A stretch of 63,902 nucleotides of DNA, filler included, from Lenisia limosa (lineage: Eukaryota; Protista; Breviatea): assembly GCA_001655205.1 (NCBI GenBank). It is 15 parts of 15 records of this genome, joined end to end, with 100 filler letters (N's around TTAATTAATTAA, not from the genome) between each part and the next. Parts side by side here need not be neighbours in the genome. Positions count along the whole stretch, not along the records: positions 4,777 to 22,423 come from LPNZ01002743.1; positions 22,524 to 23,875 come from LPNZ01001810.1; positions 23,976 to 27,552 come from LPNZ01007091.1; 12 more parts are not named here. The stretch is one strand, 5' to 3'. Positions within the stretch are counted from its first letter, which is position 1. Each line of letters starts with the position of its first letter. The translations under genes were made by a program, and so were the position numbers. Shown piece after piece: positions 11,101 through 24,097 of the stretch. The notes beneath the pieces are model-generated. The model saw only the letters and a program-made list of their open reading frames with translations, was not told where the DNA came from and made no database searches.

Positions 11101-14100
11101 TCAACCTTCTGACTTCTTCCACCCTAGTTTGTCACAATTTAACATTTCACTACACTCCTATTGCAAGTTGAAATTGTGCTCGCTTTAATTCAAGTATTTG
11201 TATCAAGAAAATATACATCACAAGATAGACCCACCAAATTATTCACAAATGTAAGCTAGTAATATACCAATACCAATATATACTAGAATATAATATTATT
11301 TCAAATAATACTACTAATAATATTTAGTTTCAAGAAATCATTAACTGAAAAACATTATCTATTTGTTACATTCACCGACGTCCACCCCCACTGTTTACTC
11401 AGGTACTTAATGGGGACTGTCAGCTTCATTGTCAGAACCACGGCAATAGCTCCGAGTACTACAACTAAAAATAGCCCAACAAGGAAGATTTTCAGCCTGT
11501 GGTGTGAAATTTTAGAGTTTTCAATAAAACTCTTCAAAACGGTAGTCCAGCTATTTTGTCTTATTGCCTTTTAGAAAACAATATTTTCAAAAGCAAAAAC
11601 CTATCAGACCTGAACGAGTACAGTTCCGCTTCTAGATTAGAGAGTTGGGAATCAAACTAAAAGGTCACCATAAATAGTGTTTCATGGTTTTTTATTATAT
11701 GATATAATCAATTTTGATTATCCTCTCAAATTGAAACTGTATTAAAAAGTAAGTCACTTTATGTTGAAATTCAAATAGAAAACAAGTATCAAGATATTTT
11801 AATATTGTCCTCATAAATGTGAACTCTTCTTTAATTTGGAATAGTGGAATTGGTAACATATACAGTTGTACAGAACCACTCATAAATTAAGCATATTATA
11901 TATACTATATGGTTAATCATCATGAGGTATAATAGTTATCCATGAACTATTGCCAGATATGGAGATTTATTAACGTTGTACATGGGCAATAATCAGTAAT
12001 ATCTTTTAACTAAACGTTTTATTTGTTCAATTAGATGCACTTCCAAGTAATCATGCCCATTTACTCAGGCCAAACTAACATTTGCTCGGAATTCATCCAT
12101 TTGGCTGATGAACAATACGCTCAACTCCACTTGGTTGAAATTCAGTGTGTAGAACTAAAAAAGTAATGTGACGTGAAAACAAAACAATAAAGAATTACAT
12201 TTTATAAATTATTGTTTGCTGCATGAGACGTTGGAAATGTCTACATATTGAAAGTGTATCACCATACATAGTGTGTACATGTAATTACACATGCTATATG
12301 ATATGTATACTGTTGTATCATAGTAGTATTACATAAGGAAATTGTTGAAAGATAGAGTGGGGGTTTTTCATATCATGGTAGGTTTGCGAACATTTATAAT
12401 ATTCTTCACCATAAAATAATGTTCAACTCAACGAAACTATAATACCAAAGCAATTATGTGTATAATTAAAGCTTTCTACGGTTCTAAAAAAATACAATAT
12501 GATATATTGATAAATATTCTATAAATACTGATAATATATCCGACCGAAAGGAAGCAACTTGAAATATATAACAATGAAAAAAACAAGGTTGTATCTGGGC
12601 AAATCCGTCCACACCATCACGCTTATAAAAGATATTGGATTATAGTAGAATATTAATTCAGCAACTTGATATTCTAATATATAAAGGCCAGAAATAACGA
12701 ACAGAGATCATTGTTTCCGAGTTGATAGTTGTGACATTGTTCATTCGCAGAGTAGCAGTGTCGTTTGTTTGTATGTGTTCAAAAAGCTGAATGGTGATGG
12801 GGAGTAGTTGAGAAGGGACGAAGTGAGAGGTAAATCTAATGTGGTAGTATTTTGGTATATTATCCTGAATATATAGCTAAGATTTGTATTTTTGTGTTCA
12901 TAATAGCGGCTTACTCGAACAAACGCATCGCTAACTGAAGAGCTTGATGTTTCATTGTATAATTTCAACTATAAAAATCAGGATTATTAGAAGACACACA
13001 GTAGCCAAGAGGAATATGAGGTCAACTTTGTGAAAGTATTATAAACTGTTTTAAATCAATTTTTATGTCATTGAGTCAAATATCGGGTAACAATTGGTGT
13101 TGTTTGAAATGATGCAACAACTGATAAGGTAATTTGTTATCGACAAGACAATCAAAAAATCTGTTGAGCCTGGAAAAATTGACCACAACCAACCAAATCT
13201 GAATCAAAATGATGGGGATTGCTGGTGTAAATCAGAATCATATCGTGATCATATGCCTGGATGAGGGTTGAAGAGTGTTTTCGTACCTACATGAATGAGA
13301 AGACAGTCACTTCCAGCCGTTTTAAGACAACTTCACATTATACAATAGTTGTATAAATGAGAACTTTTTTGGACCAATGTACACCTTGATATGATATACG
13401 TGTTCTTAATCAATTGATTCTTTGCTTTTGTAGTTATTAAGCTTCCTTGGTCATAGTACCAACTCGAATGTTTTTTGACAACACATGCCAATGATAAGAT
13501 AAGTTTCACATCAATTATCCTGACTCTTCACAATTTAAACCTCCACTCACATCTATGTCATTTAAAATCCGCTCAATGTTGACGTGAATATGGTAAACGT
13601 ATTTAATTGCTCCAATTCCTACTACGGTCAAAAAAATCTTTCAATTTTTGTTGTGAATTGATTCAAATAAATGAACCACAAGATTTAAGAAATTATCTTC
13701 TTCTATTAATGGCTTTCTTCAGGGTGTTTAAAGATTCAATCTTGAAAATCCACCCCCCAACTTTGCAAAAAGCATTATTATATTGATATTATTCAAGAAA
13801 ATGATAAATATACTTTGAATATTAGCTCCTGTTTTCTTTACTACCCAACCTGAGCGATTATCTGGGGTTGTAGACCATTTTCCAACTGAAGATCCTGACC
13901 AATACGTGTCACCTTCCTAAAGGGGCAGATTATATGTGTCACCTTCCTAAAGGGGCAGATTATATGTGTCACCTTCCTAAAGGGGCAGATTATACGTGTC
14001 ACCTTCCTAAAGGGGCAGATTATACGTGGCACATTTAGATGATAAAACTCTATTGACAGTTACCTTGAAAAGGGAACACACTGGAATACTGTATAATATC

Positions 14101-17100
14101 GTAAAAAGTAGAGGTGATCCAATCTTCTGCTACTGTATATGCCTCCCCAAACATGTATGTATCTAGTTGTGTTATTAAGATGATGAATTTGTAAAATTGC
14201 AAGGATAACACTGATATACAAATCAAGTCCACTCGCAAGTTGACAAATTCCAGTTTGAGGCCGTTTAAAAGGGAAATATTTTAGCGTACATGAATGCTCA
14301 GAAAAGCTGTCCATGTTTCTTCATGAGGGTTCTTTGTTTTATTTAAAAACTGGGGTTGTCTGGGAAACCATTTCTAATCGAATGAGATCGGGATAATATG
14401 ACCAATTATTAAGTCGAATTTAGTATCTATCAAAAATGGGAACAAACCTGATAAAAAAGAATCTAATCAAATAAGATCATTTACATACCAAGGTTCCGCT
14501 GTAATCGTCCATGTATCTCTGAATCCTGAAATTAATAAGAGACTAAATTGAAGGATATTCCTCAATTGACTAACCCGTAATAATTAAGGATTGTATTTGA
14601 TCTTTTTTAAAACAGCTGTGCATTCGCCACAATACACTCACAATTTGGTATTTATTTCACCGTAATTGATTGGAGCTGAGTTAGGCACTCCTAAACAATA
14701 AAGAAATTCAATTTAAGTGGTAAAAACATAAATTCAAGTAGACCATTGTTTCCCTTTTTCTCTATAAGCGACTAAATTCTAGATAAATATCGTTATTTTA
14801 CATATATATAATATGTCTTTTGGAACCGAAAGTGAATCTCAAAGTTAACTCCATCTCAAGGAGTGTCATATCATACTTTTGTTGATAATATAGAAATAAT
14901 GTACTATTGGATTCGTTATAGCACTTACCATTCCAGTCAACAGTTTGTCCGATTATGTTTCTACTTGCTCTTTCAAGCTAAATAGTAAGACCTCCATAAA
15001 CACACATTTGTTTTCTATACAGTACCCATGCACATCTATTCTGCTGTAAATAATGATATCACATAATTGATTTGACAATGTCTTTGGGGTGTTTAAATAG
15101 TATTCGATGTATTAAGCTTGTTTTAAAATTGGTTGCAATTTCGAAATGAATGACATCTGGAATATGGTTTATACGAAACATGCTACATTAGGCTTCTACC
15201 AAGCCTTCTTGTTTTAAGGATAAAGATGATTGAAATATATGCATATAATAGTTTTTATCTAAAATACAGGTAGCCACCTACTATTCCCTTATCGCACCAA
15301 CTGCAAGTTGGCAGTTTATCGCCTAGGGGGCTGAACAGAAGTAACTGCTCCTCAGAGCCAACTAAATTCATCACTATTGGAGTTTTTCTGGGGAAGCTGA
15401 TATCACATTACGAAAACGTCGAGTGGGTATTTCAGACTAAAACATTGACAAAGTTCTCTCCCTCAAGGTTGGACAAATTTACTTGTTTTAAAGCTGGAGC
15501 CTGCTTAATTTTTCTTAGCAATTTTATACAATTATTGTTCTGGGGTGGACAAATGTATAATTTTGAGTTTAATTGTTTATATGAGATTATTAGCTGAATT
15601 CCTTTATAGGGAATAGTAATGTCTCTGTTTTCCACCACTTTGTAAAATCATCTAAATTAATGGAATGTAGTTTTTTATTGGTGATTTTGACTTGAAAACT
15701 ATGCGATTTGACCAATATTTCAGGAAAATTTAATACCTAGAAAAAAACAAAATATTGATGTTTTCCAATAAAGGAGTTGACTCAGAAAAGTGATTTCTTG
15801 CAATCTTACATGGAAAAGCGGGAAATACATGTTGTATTCGCAATTTAAGCTGACCCCCGCTTTAATTTGAATAAAACATACTCAAATATGGCACTCAATT
15901 CAAATAGGAAAATACTTCAATGTTGAAAATTGAAATTCTTATCACTTTTTGAGCTACCACGTTATTTAAAATCAAAATAGCCACCTACTCACATATGTAC
16001 AAAATGTGTCCATAACCGACTTCATAGAGCGCAACTTGCTCAACCAAGTATGGTGAGGCATACCTATTTAATGAACTTCCTTTCAAAAATGAAATACTGT
16101 TTCATATTTCATATACTATTTTGCAAATGTCCTAAAATTCCAAGATTCTCCACAGATGTACATACCTCCACAAGATCATTCTGAGTGTGTCCCAGTCTCC
16201 AGCTTCAATGGTATGGTAAACCGAAAGATCTCCCAAGGCAAAGAGAAGGAGTTGAGCTTCCTGTAGGTATTGAAATGGTTCTTTTCTAATAGAAAATGAT
16301 TAAAAAGATGCTATTTACTCAATCAAATCTAGAATGATGTTTAAGACACATTAATCAAATACAAGATACATGACAGCTGATTTCTTACACTTTACAGATA
16401 AAAGTTGTTTAATTGATACATTATCCTACATTTTGAGATTTCATATTGGTTCATTTTTACAAACTTGACATTTTGTGATTACGTATTACATATCATATCG
16501 ACATTGGTTATTTGACAAACCTCAAAGTTGCCGATAATCGCGTTGGACGAATCATTTACAAGGCCTTTATGTAACTAATACAGGTGAGATTATCCATAAA
16601 GCAGAAAAAACTTGGGCCGAGTTACCATCTCATAGTTACACAATGTACTTGAAAAGTCAGTAGTCATATGCATATGTATTTTATATTCATTTGAAGCCTA
16701 TTTAAAAGATTCCATTGTGATCCCCCAAACATCCTGAACAGTTTCCTCAATAATTTTGTCACATGCGTTGTAGGTGGAACTGAACTGGGTAAACACAAGA
16801 CAGATCCAGAGGAATTCAAATATGATGTTATTAACATGATCCAGAGGAATGCAAATATGATGTGATTAACATGATCCAGAGGAATTCAAATATGATGTGA
16901 TTAACATGGTCCAGAGGAATTCAAATAATTGACATGATCATGAGTTAGGTGGTTAGCAGTCTATTTGAAATATTTCGGTCAACATATTTTAACCAAAGAA
17001 AACGGTTTAAAAATGGAAAATAAAAACTTGATTCATGGCTTGAATGATTGCTATATGACCTTTCTTATTATTGAGGAAGCAATAACATGAAATCAATACA

Positions 17101-18672
17101 ATCCACTTACCTAACACCATGATTGTTGCTCATAACTCCAACAAATATAATGAGGATAGATAGGGTGAAAACCAAGCTACCTAAGCTAAATGGCAATAAG
17201 AGGCACAGTAGCCGCTGTCGAAAAAATCTCATACCATTAGCACTCATGAGTATTTGGAGAGTAACTATTTTTATGCTAATTATGCTACATGCAAAACAAC
17301 CGACAAATTAACATTTCACATCATCCGAAAGAGATTTCCCTGGTTGAATACGTCAAATGATCTCAAAAGATTGCCGTCAATATTTCAATTTGTCAACAAA
17401 CCTTGACAGCAAGACACAACGAATGGTGAATAGTGGGTCTAAAACATGTCACACAGTCATACAAATTGTCGTTTTCTTCATCAATATGAGTAACAGATGG
17501 GCTCGTCTGAAAATGGGTTTTTAAAGTCAAGTTAACAATAAAACGTGATAAAAGTGGTATTTTAGAATTTGAAAAAAACAACATTTTTGCAACTACTGAC
17601 GTTTTCCAAAAATTTCACCCAATTTTTAGACAAGCAGGAATAAGGCCTTACATGGTGAGGTGGCACGTTGGACAGGTGGAATTTCGGGTGGCGGTTCCTC
17701 AGATTCCTGAGTGCGTTCTTGGGGAGGCTAGAAGGCGTCAATGTAGGGTTAGTAATAAAGCAGGCATATTTGCTCTTTTTCGTCATGTTTGTTAATGTAA
17801 ACATTCTTGACAAATGACATACTACATGACTATACATGAGGATAGTTTGGAGTTTGAATAGCCACAACAAGACAACATTGCATAAGCAAACATGGAATAA
17901 TAGATTCTGAAACTAGTGAATGCTTCTGAAGATATCCAAACATATGATTCTATATTTAACATTTTGTAAATGCAAATAACAATTGACGTTAAACACATCC
18001 TAGAAAGGGCTCCAGTATAATATTTATTGAGGATTTATCGAATGAGTCCAGTTTCCTTGTTCCAATATATCTACCATATAGTAGGTACGCTGTAGTGACG
18101 GTGTGCGGAAGTGACTGGCCTGGACTATATATTTTGTTGGTCTCAACCCTCGAGTGTTGTCAGCCAACAGAGCTGAATATGTTTTTTTTTGTTTCATAAA
18201 TTTTACCATTTTACTCTGTCATCTGTTACCCCAATTACTTCGAGAAAGAACTTTGGTAGTTCCCACGCGTATCCCCGTGAAACCAAAGGTGGCAGCATGG
18301 GGTGGTTATGACATGGCTTTTGAGACGACAGATACTCTCCACTGTGATGTTAAATAAAACAATGAGAATAATACTGAGGTAATTATCTGGATTGTTTACA
18401 CCATCTGGTATAATTGGTGGAAATACGAAATAGTGAAGATATCTAAATGAAGTCGTAATGAATATGTGAAATACAATGACCAGGATCAGTCTTGACCTAT
18501 TTACTCTGTGATTTCCCAAGGAAAATCGGTCAACGGTCAAATTTTGTGATTTGAAGAAGACACGATTATTTCAAGTGTAGAACCCCCATCAACCCACAAA
18601 CTTGAACTCCGGGGTAACTGGAGTCTCAAAGGACGAAAAGAACGTAGACACCGGCGAGCTAGCTTCGGACAT
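8160..18672 (-). CDS. Receptor-type class III adenylate/guanylate cyclase (TM, extracellular region, TM, HAMP, catalytic domain), many exons
   Basis: Exons give TM+HAMP (IFLVGLFLVVVLGAIAVVLTMKLTVPIKYLSKQ ~11537-11390; SYIKEIHELNDAFLSMRKNL ~10900-10820) and the catalytic motifs SSDLQEFTTMSE (~9750), LSKYLDVMTSLILANSGTMGE|YLGDGIVAFWNA..DHAVK|ACITAVEMQ, YARIGIDSDVSWAGNIG (8758-8686) and SPTRLKYG (~8545). The 5' extent and the 3' end (possible decay below 8560) are less certain. Confidence 0.75.
13902..14030. repeat. Tandem repeat, 30 bp x ~4.3, spanning a splice acceptor
   Basis: ATACGTGTCACCTTCCTAAAGGGGCAGATT has period 30 and near-identical copies. Confidence 0.95.
16803..16927. repeat. Tandem repeat, 35 bp x ~3.6 (intronic)
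   Basis: GATCCAGAGGAATTCAAATATGATGTGATTAACAT starts at 16803, 16838, 16873 and 16908. Confidence 0.93.
18095..18238 (+). repeat. Family C copy, antisense to the host gene, abutting a donor
   Basis: Full C sequence on +. It lies immediately after a minus-strand donor GTAATTGGGG at 18238. Confidence 0.75.
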
Positions 18673-19582
18673 GATTCTGCAATGTTGTCACCTGGGCTTT
18701 CCTGCGGTCCGAAAGACCGTCAACATTTTGATATTTTTAGAGGATCTTTTGGGAGATACGATCTTTTTTGGTACCGTAGGGAAACACTATTGTGACAGTA
18801 TGAAGTCACTTACTTACGGTTCGACAAGACAATTCGATATGTATAGAAAATTTCAATCTTATGGGATTAGACAACATTTAGATATTATAAAATTTGGGAT
18901 TGCAGATAATTTTAAGTACAAGCTGTCTAAAACAAACAAGGAATACTTGTCACCCAAGTTATGGACTATAACTGATAACTGTCTAATTTATGCGACACCA
19001 ACACCCACTGTTGTCGAAGGAGGCAGTTAACTCTGCTTCAGGCACAGTGACAATCGTTTCTTTTACACTCTTCTTCCTTTTTAAAACAAATCAAAACAAA
19101 TTTTACAGACATAGAAGATAACTGTTAGAGGTAATGGGAAAGTCGAAGTTGTGAATGGTGTGATGGTGAGATTTACTTTCAGTTATGGGGCGCGGGGGGG
19201 GGGGGNNNNNNNNNNNNNNNNNNNNNNNNNNNNNNNNNNNNNNNNNNNNNNNNNNNNNNNNNNNNNNNNNNNNNNNNNNNNNNNNNNNNNNNNNNNNNNN
19301 NNNNNNNNNNNNTGAAGAAAAAGTGAAAGCTGATAGAACTTCCTTATTAGGACAACTGTCAAATTGAAAGAATATTCTAGAATCTTAATTTTTCCCATTC
19401 ATTGACCACATCTTTGTACCTGTTTTTGTAAAAAAAATTCTGACAATTTCCAGTTTAGGTAGAAAGTATAGAAGATAACAAAGTAGAATCTGAAGAGTTT
19501 AGGAAGTAGTTGCTTGTCAAGAAAAGATATCCTCCCTTCTCGACATTCTTATGTGAATTAGGCAACTCAGCTTAATATTAAG

Positions 19583-22300
19583 ATGCGTTGTCACCTGGTG
19601 TTCCTTCTTTATACAGTTGGAATTACATTAGCGACATTTTCGACCATCCCCTCTGAGGACGCATTCAAATTCTACTTATCCCCAACTGGCACTGATCTAG
19701 GTTGGCTAATTGTTGGATTTAAGAGGTTCTAAACGGATTTTAGACCCTTCCCCTACCAGCTGTCAAGATCGCTACCACCCCTGTGCCACTCTCGCCCAAG
19801 CCTTTGTTGCTTGTCAGCTCAATAATGTAAGCAAGGCAGGATTTGAGAAAGTATTTCTTGGTCCGGCCTTACCCCCCCTTCCACGTCGTCCATCCCTTCT
19901 GATCTCGACAGGTGACAACCGAACAGAGTTGTGTTATCAATGCTGAAATCGGCGTTTACTTCCAACAAGGTCCAATTGTTCCGCCCAATTGCCACATCCT
20001 CATACAGGCTCCCCTCGAAGGTTTTGCTGTTTTCGATGGTGAGTAGGTTCTATCCGCTTCCTTGCCACTATCCACTTGTTTGGGTGCTGAATATCCCACT
20101 GCTGGGTGCTGGATGCGCTAAAAACGTGCTGGAATAGAATTGTGGGGTTTTGAAACCGGTTTTGTGGCTTGTTCAATCATACCCATAATTTTTGGCATTT
20201 TTATAATTCGTTATTTGTAAAAATCTCGTTTATAGTGCACAAATTACTGTAAAATTGATTGGAAGAAGGAAAATATCGCTTTTCCTTATACTTCTTTTAT
20301 CTGTGGTTTCATGGATCTTTCTAGTTTTCAGAAATTAAATGCCTTTCCTTTTTTTTTTATCATAAGTCTGTTAGTGACTTCATATGGGACAAGCGAGGAA
20401 TGTTGATATGTTTCAAATAATATCATCATAAGGGCATTGGAATTTGTAGCCAATTATCACAATACAAAATAGAGCACAATATCATTGCGTGGACAATGAG
20501 ATCGTATGTGTGAAATTGAACCAAAAAGTGAATACCCCCCAGTTATTGGATGCGGTGCAGAAACGACTGGTCTAGGATTGGTTTGTTTTGTTGTTATCAA
20601 CCCTTGTGTGTTGTGTCAGCCAACAGAGTTGATTTGTTTCATAAATTTTCCAATTTTACTCCCCCCCCCTCCCCAGGCCAGCCACTGACTCTGACGTGGC
20701 TTCTCATTACTGAGCCATCTCCAGCCTACATAGCCCTAAATGGCGTTCACNNNNNNNNNNNNNNNNNNNNNNNNNNNNNNNNNNNNNNNNNNNNNNNNNN
20801 NNNNNNNNNNNNNNNNNNNNNNNNNNNNNNNNNNNNNNNNNNNNNNNNNNNNNNNNNNNNNNNNNNNNNNNNNNNNNNNNNNNNNNNNNNNNNNNNNNNN
20901 NNNNNNNNNNNNNNNNNNGTTCATATCTCACAGACAAGGGTGGGTTGGGGTTAGAACAGGGGGTTTGCTTCGGTAAGAAAAGGTAGAACTCTGTGTGTAC
21001 AGAGTTGTAAAGCAAATGATTGGGTGAATTATTTTCAACTTGGACGGATTCGGCCAGATACAACTATAGTATATATATGATATGATATATAGTATATAAC
21101 GAGGACGTGTGCTTTGGTTGTTTATGGAAAGTACAGTGTAATCCCTAAAATTCCTTGAGGATGTTGAGGTATTATACAGTGACGGGGATGTCTTGACCGA
21201 ATTGCCCTGTGATTTTCCAAGGAAAATCGGTCAAGACTTATTCCGGTTTCTGTTACATCCATGAGCATGTAGATGTCTTCGTCAGAATAATCCCTTGATT
21301 TTTTAATAACTGATAATATCCATCCAAGAATAGCTTTCACCGCTTACGGATCAGATTGAGCGAAATAAGAGCCCCGCCGGCGGGGGTATTATGGTTTCCA
21401 CAGATGCTGAGGTTTCGATAAATGGGNNNNNNNNNNNNNNNNNNNNNNNNNNNNNNNNNNNNNNNNNNNNNNNNNNNNNNNNNNNNNNNNNNNNNNNNNN
21501 NNNNNNNNNNNNNNNNNNTTATCAATAAAAACTCGGAAACTGCCGATATTCTCATCAGAGCACAACGTAAATATACATCGGATTGATACTATGGAAATAT
21601 GGATCTTTTTTCAATCTTTGATCTTAGATTCTTTAGCGAAACACTATTGTTTTGCCAGAATGCCACAATGTTCTTGTTAAAATTGCCGTTGCCAATCAGC
21701 ATTGACTTGTGCTAACGTTTCTAGGGGGGTAATATCTCAGAACCAATTTGAAACGAACTGGCCGATCCTGTTTTACAGGTTTGATGGAGGCAACTGGTTG
21801 TCCTTTTTATACATGTATATCGATGATTTTGGATCAAAGTGAAGACCTAGGTATACCCTCAACAACATGATTATATTTTTCTTTCGTTTCTGCTGACATT
21901 GTCATTCAAATCTGTCATTTCTTCTTACATCTCAGTGACCTTCTAAACGCCCTTGCGGTGTGCAGTGACGTGATTCCAAGGCTTTCACTCATGCCAAAAC
22001 TCCCGAAAATCCCCTTCCCCATTCCTTTATGTAGGCTACCCCGCCCTACGCTGGAGTGATGGCCTGGTCTTTGTTTGTTTGTTTGTTGTTATCAACCCTC
22101 GTGTGTTACCAGTTAGCACCCTTCAAAAATGGATTGAATTTCCCTATCATATTGTATTTTTCTTATTACCTGTCATTCCAAGCTTGAATCTTGATTTCGA
22201 TCACGTGATCATTCCCCAGCGCGGGTTGAAGAGCCCATTTTTACCGGACCCAATCACAGCATTCCACTCACGTCCGAGAATAGCCCTCCGCAGCCGATTG
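19583..22300 (+). CDS. Secreted pectin-lyase-fold / parallel beta-helix-like surface protein (partial)
   Basis: ATG 19583 gives signal-like MRCHLVFLLYTVGITLA. Spliced exons give FYLSPTGTDLDPSPTSCQDRYHPCATLAQA...GVY...FDGQPLTLTW and later N.SPAGGGI. The YxSPxGxD...C...PCxTLxxA and GGxI motifs are typical of beta-helix adhesin-like proteins. Confidence 0.6.
20546..20676 (+). repeat. Family C copy ending at an acceptor
   Basis: TTGGATGCGGTGCAGAAACGACTGG...CCAACAGAGTTGATTTGTTTCATAAATTTTCCAATTTTACTCCCCCCCCCTCCCCAG, followed by an in-phase exon. Confidence 0.9.
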
Positions 22301-22997
22301 GTAGGGGCTTTCATATGTCCTTTTGTTTGGGATTGTTAACTGTCATATTTTAACTTTTGTTTTCGATGATTTGTGAGCTTTTGTTTTGAATGATTGCTAA
22401 CTTTTTAGCTTCAATTTCTTTGANNNNNNNNNNNNNNNNNNNNNNNNNNNNNNNNNNNNNNNNNNNNTTAATTAATTAANNNNNNNNNNNNNNNNNNNNN
22501 NNNNNNNNNNNNNNNNNNNNNNNTAAAATTGAAACAAAAAACAACACACAAGGGTTGATAACAAGAAAACAAGCAACGCACAAAAGCCCGTAACATTTCA
22601 GCACTTTTTAGCTATGAAAGCCTTCTAATATAAAACGGCAACTGTGACGATCCTCAGGCCCAAGTAAGATTTAGTTATTTGGAACAAAGGTGTCAAAGAA
22701 CAAAAGGAGTAAATGTGACGGACTTCAAGAGCAAGAAAGTTGTGTTCAACCACGCCTACTGAACAGTTGCACAAGAAGGGCAAACAAAGCATCCAACTTC
22801 ACATATCAGAAGCGCAGATGGCTAGAAGGATAAGCTCCCAACAAATAAGTAATCGCTGTAGTGGATAAGGGAAGATATTTTAAAACCTCTTTGTGAGGAT
22901 CGGAGATAAAATGCGGGACCTTGCCTGCTTCTGTGTTTTTACCCTCATTTGCTAAAATATAGATTCTAGAATTGGAGAATACCGAGGAGAGACTAAC

Positions 22998-23087
22998 CTT
23001 TTCGCAGTGAATACACGATTTATTCTCTTCTCGATCAGCTTGCTTCATTACTGCCCGTGTTGCCCTTCTCTCCAAGGCGTTTGACAT
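22998..23087 (-). CDS. Probable first exon of a CxxC protein (ArfGAP-like zinc finger start is possible)
   Basis: MSNALERRATRAVMKQADREENKSCIHCEK|gttagt. EN.SCxxC resembles the ArfGAP N..CxxC, but downstream exons could not be matched convincingly. Confidence 0.3.
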
Positions 23088-24097
23088 TGCGTTTCACTTC
23101 TTCCACTCGACAAATCAGACAAATCGTCCAAAGCGATTTGTTAAAAGTCTCTTTCTTACAGCAGTCCCCCAGGAATATTTATCAATATACATTCTGCTTT
23201 TTTTAACCAATTTTTCTATCTTTTTCCATATATTCATATGAAAAGTAATGAACATTAAAGCTACATCAAAACTAAAGCAGTAGAGGAGTGAAATCACAAT
23301 GTCTATGCGTGGGTCCGATTCTTATGCCCGTTCGGCGTCACTGAATACCTCGTAAGGTTAAGTCCACGCCTCCAGTTGTTTATTTATGACAGGTTGACGG
23401 GCGGAAACACCTCTCTCCAGGCTTCCTTTTTCTTCATTGTCGAGCAGGCCTTCTTCAAATTTGGTACGTTAATTCTTGTAAAATTTTAAGAATAAATGGG
23501 GTGATTTTGAGGAAAGGGCTTTTTTGTGAAAATCTCAGATTCATTTTGACAAGGCCTCTTGCTCGAGCTCTTTACAAGAGGCCTAAATTTAAGGATTAGT
23601 TACATACTTCTGAGGACTGAGGCGATAGTTTCTTCACTCCTAATCTCCAAGCCCTTTTCTCTTCCTTATCCTTTGCCTCTTCCTCCCTTTCACAGGGATC
23701 TTAGATAGCTTCTATCCTTATGTTGCTATTATACTTTGATTCCGCTGGATTATGTTTGTTTCCTGTGGCAAACGCTAGGTCTGCGGCTTATTTTCAAGCA
23801 TGAGAAGCAAAGCATTTTCCATGATGTGTCCAACACGCATTTACCATATGCTAGAGAGGCTATATAGCTATATGCNNNNNNNNNNNNNNNNNNNNNNNNN
23901 NNNNNNNNNNNNNNNNNNNTTAATTAATTAANNNNNNNNNNNNNNNNNNNNNNNNNNNNNNNNNNNNNNNNNNNNATTACTTCATTTTCATTCAAATTGG
24001 CTTGAAAAGAATAATAAAAAAACATATTCGTATTCAAGAATAATGATTCGATTGACATCATATTATTTATCCCTGTGGTGACAAACCTTCCAGATAC

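Noticed and set aside
13902-14030. 30-bp repeats resembling a CRISPR array (also the 35-bp repeats at 16803)
   Set aside because: Units are head-to-tail with no unique spacers, there are no cas genes, and the context is eukaryotic introns.
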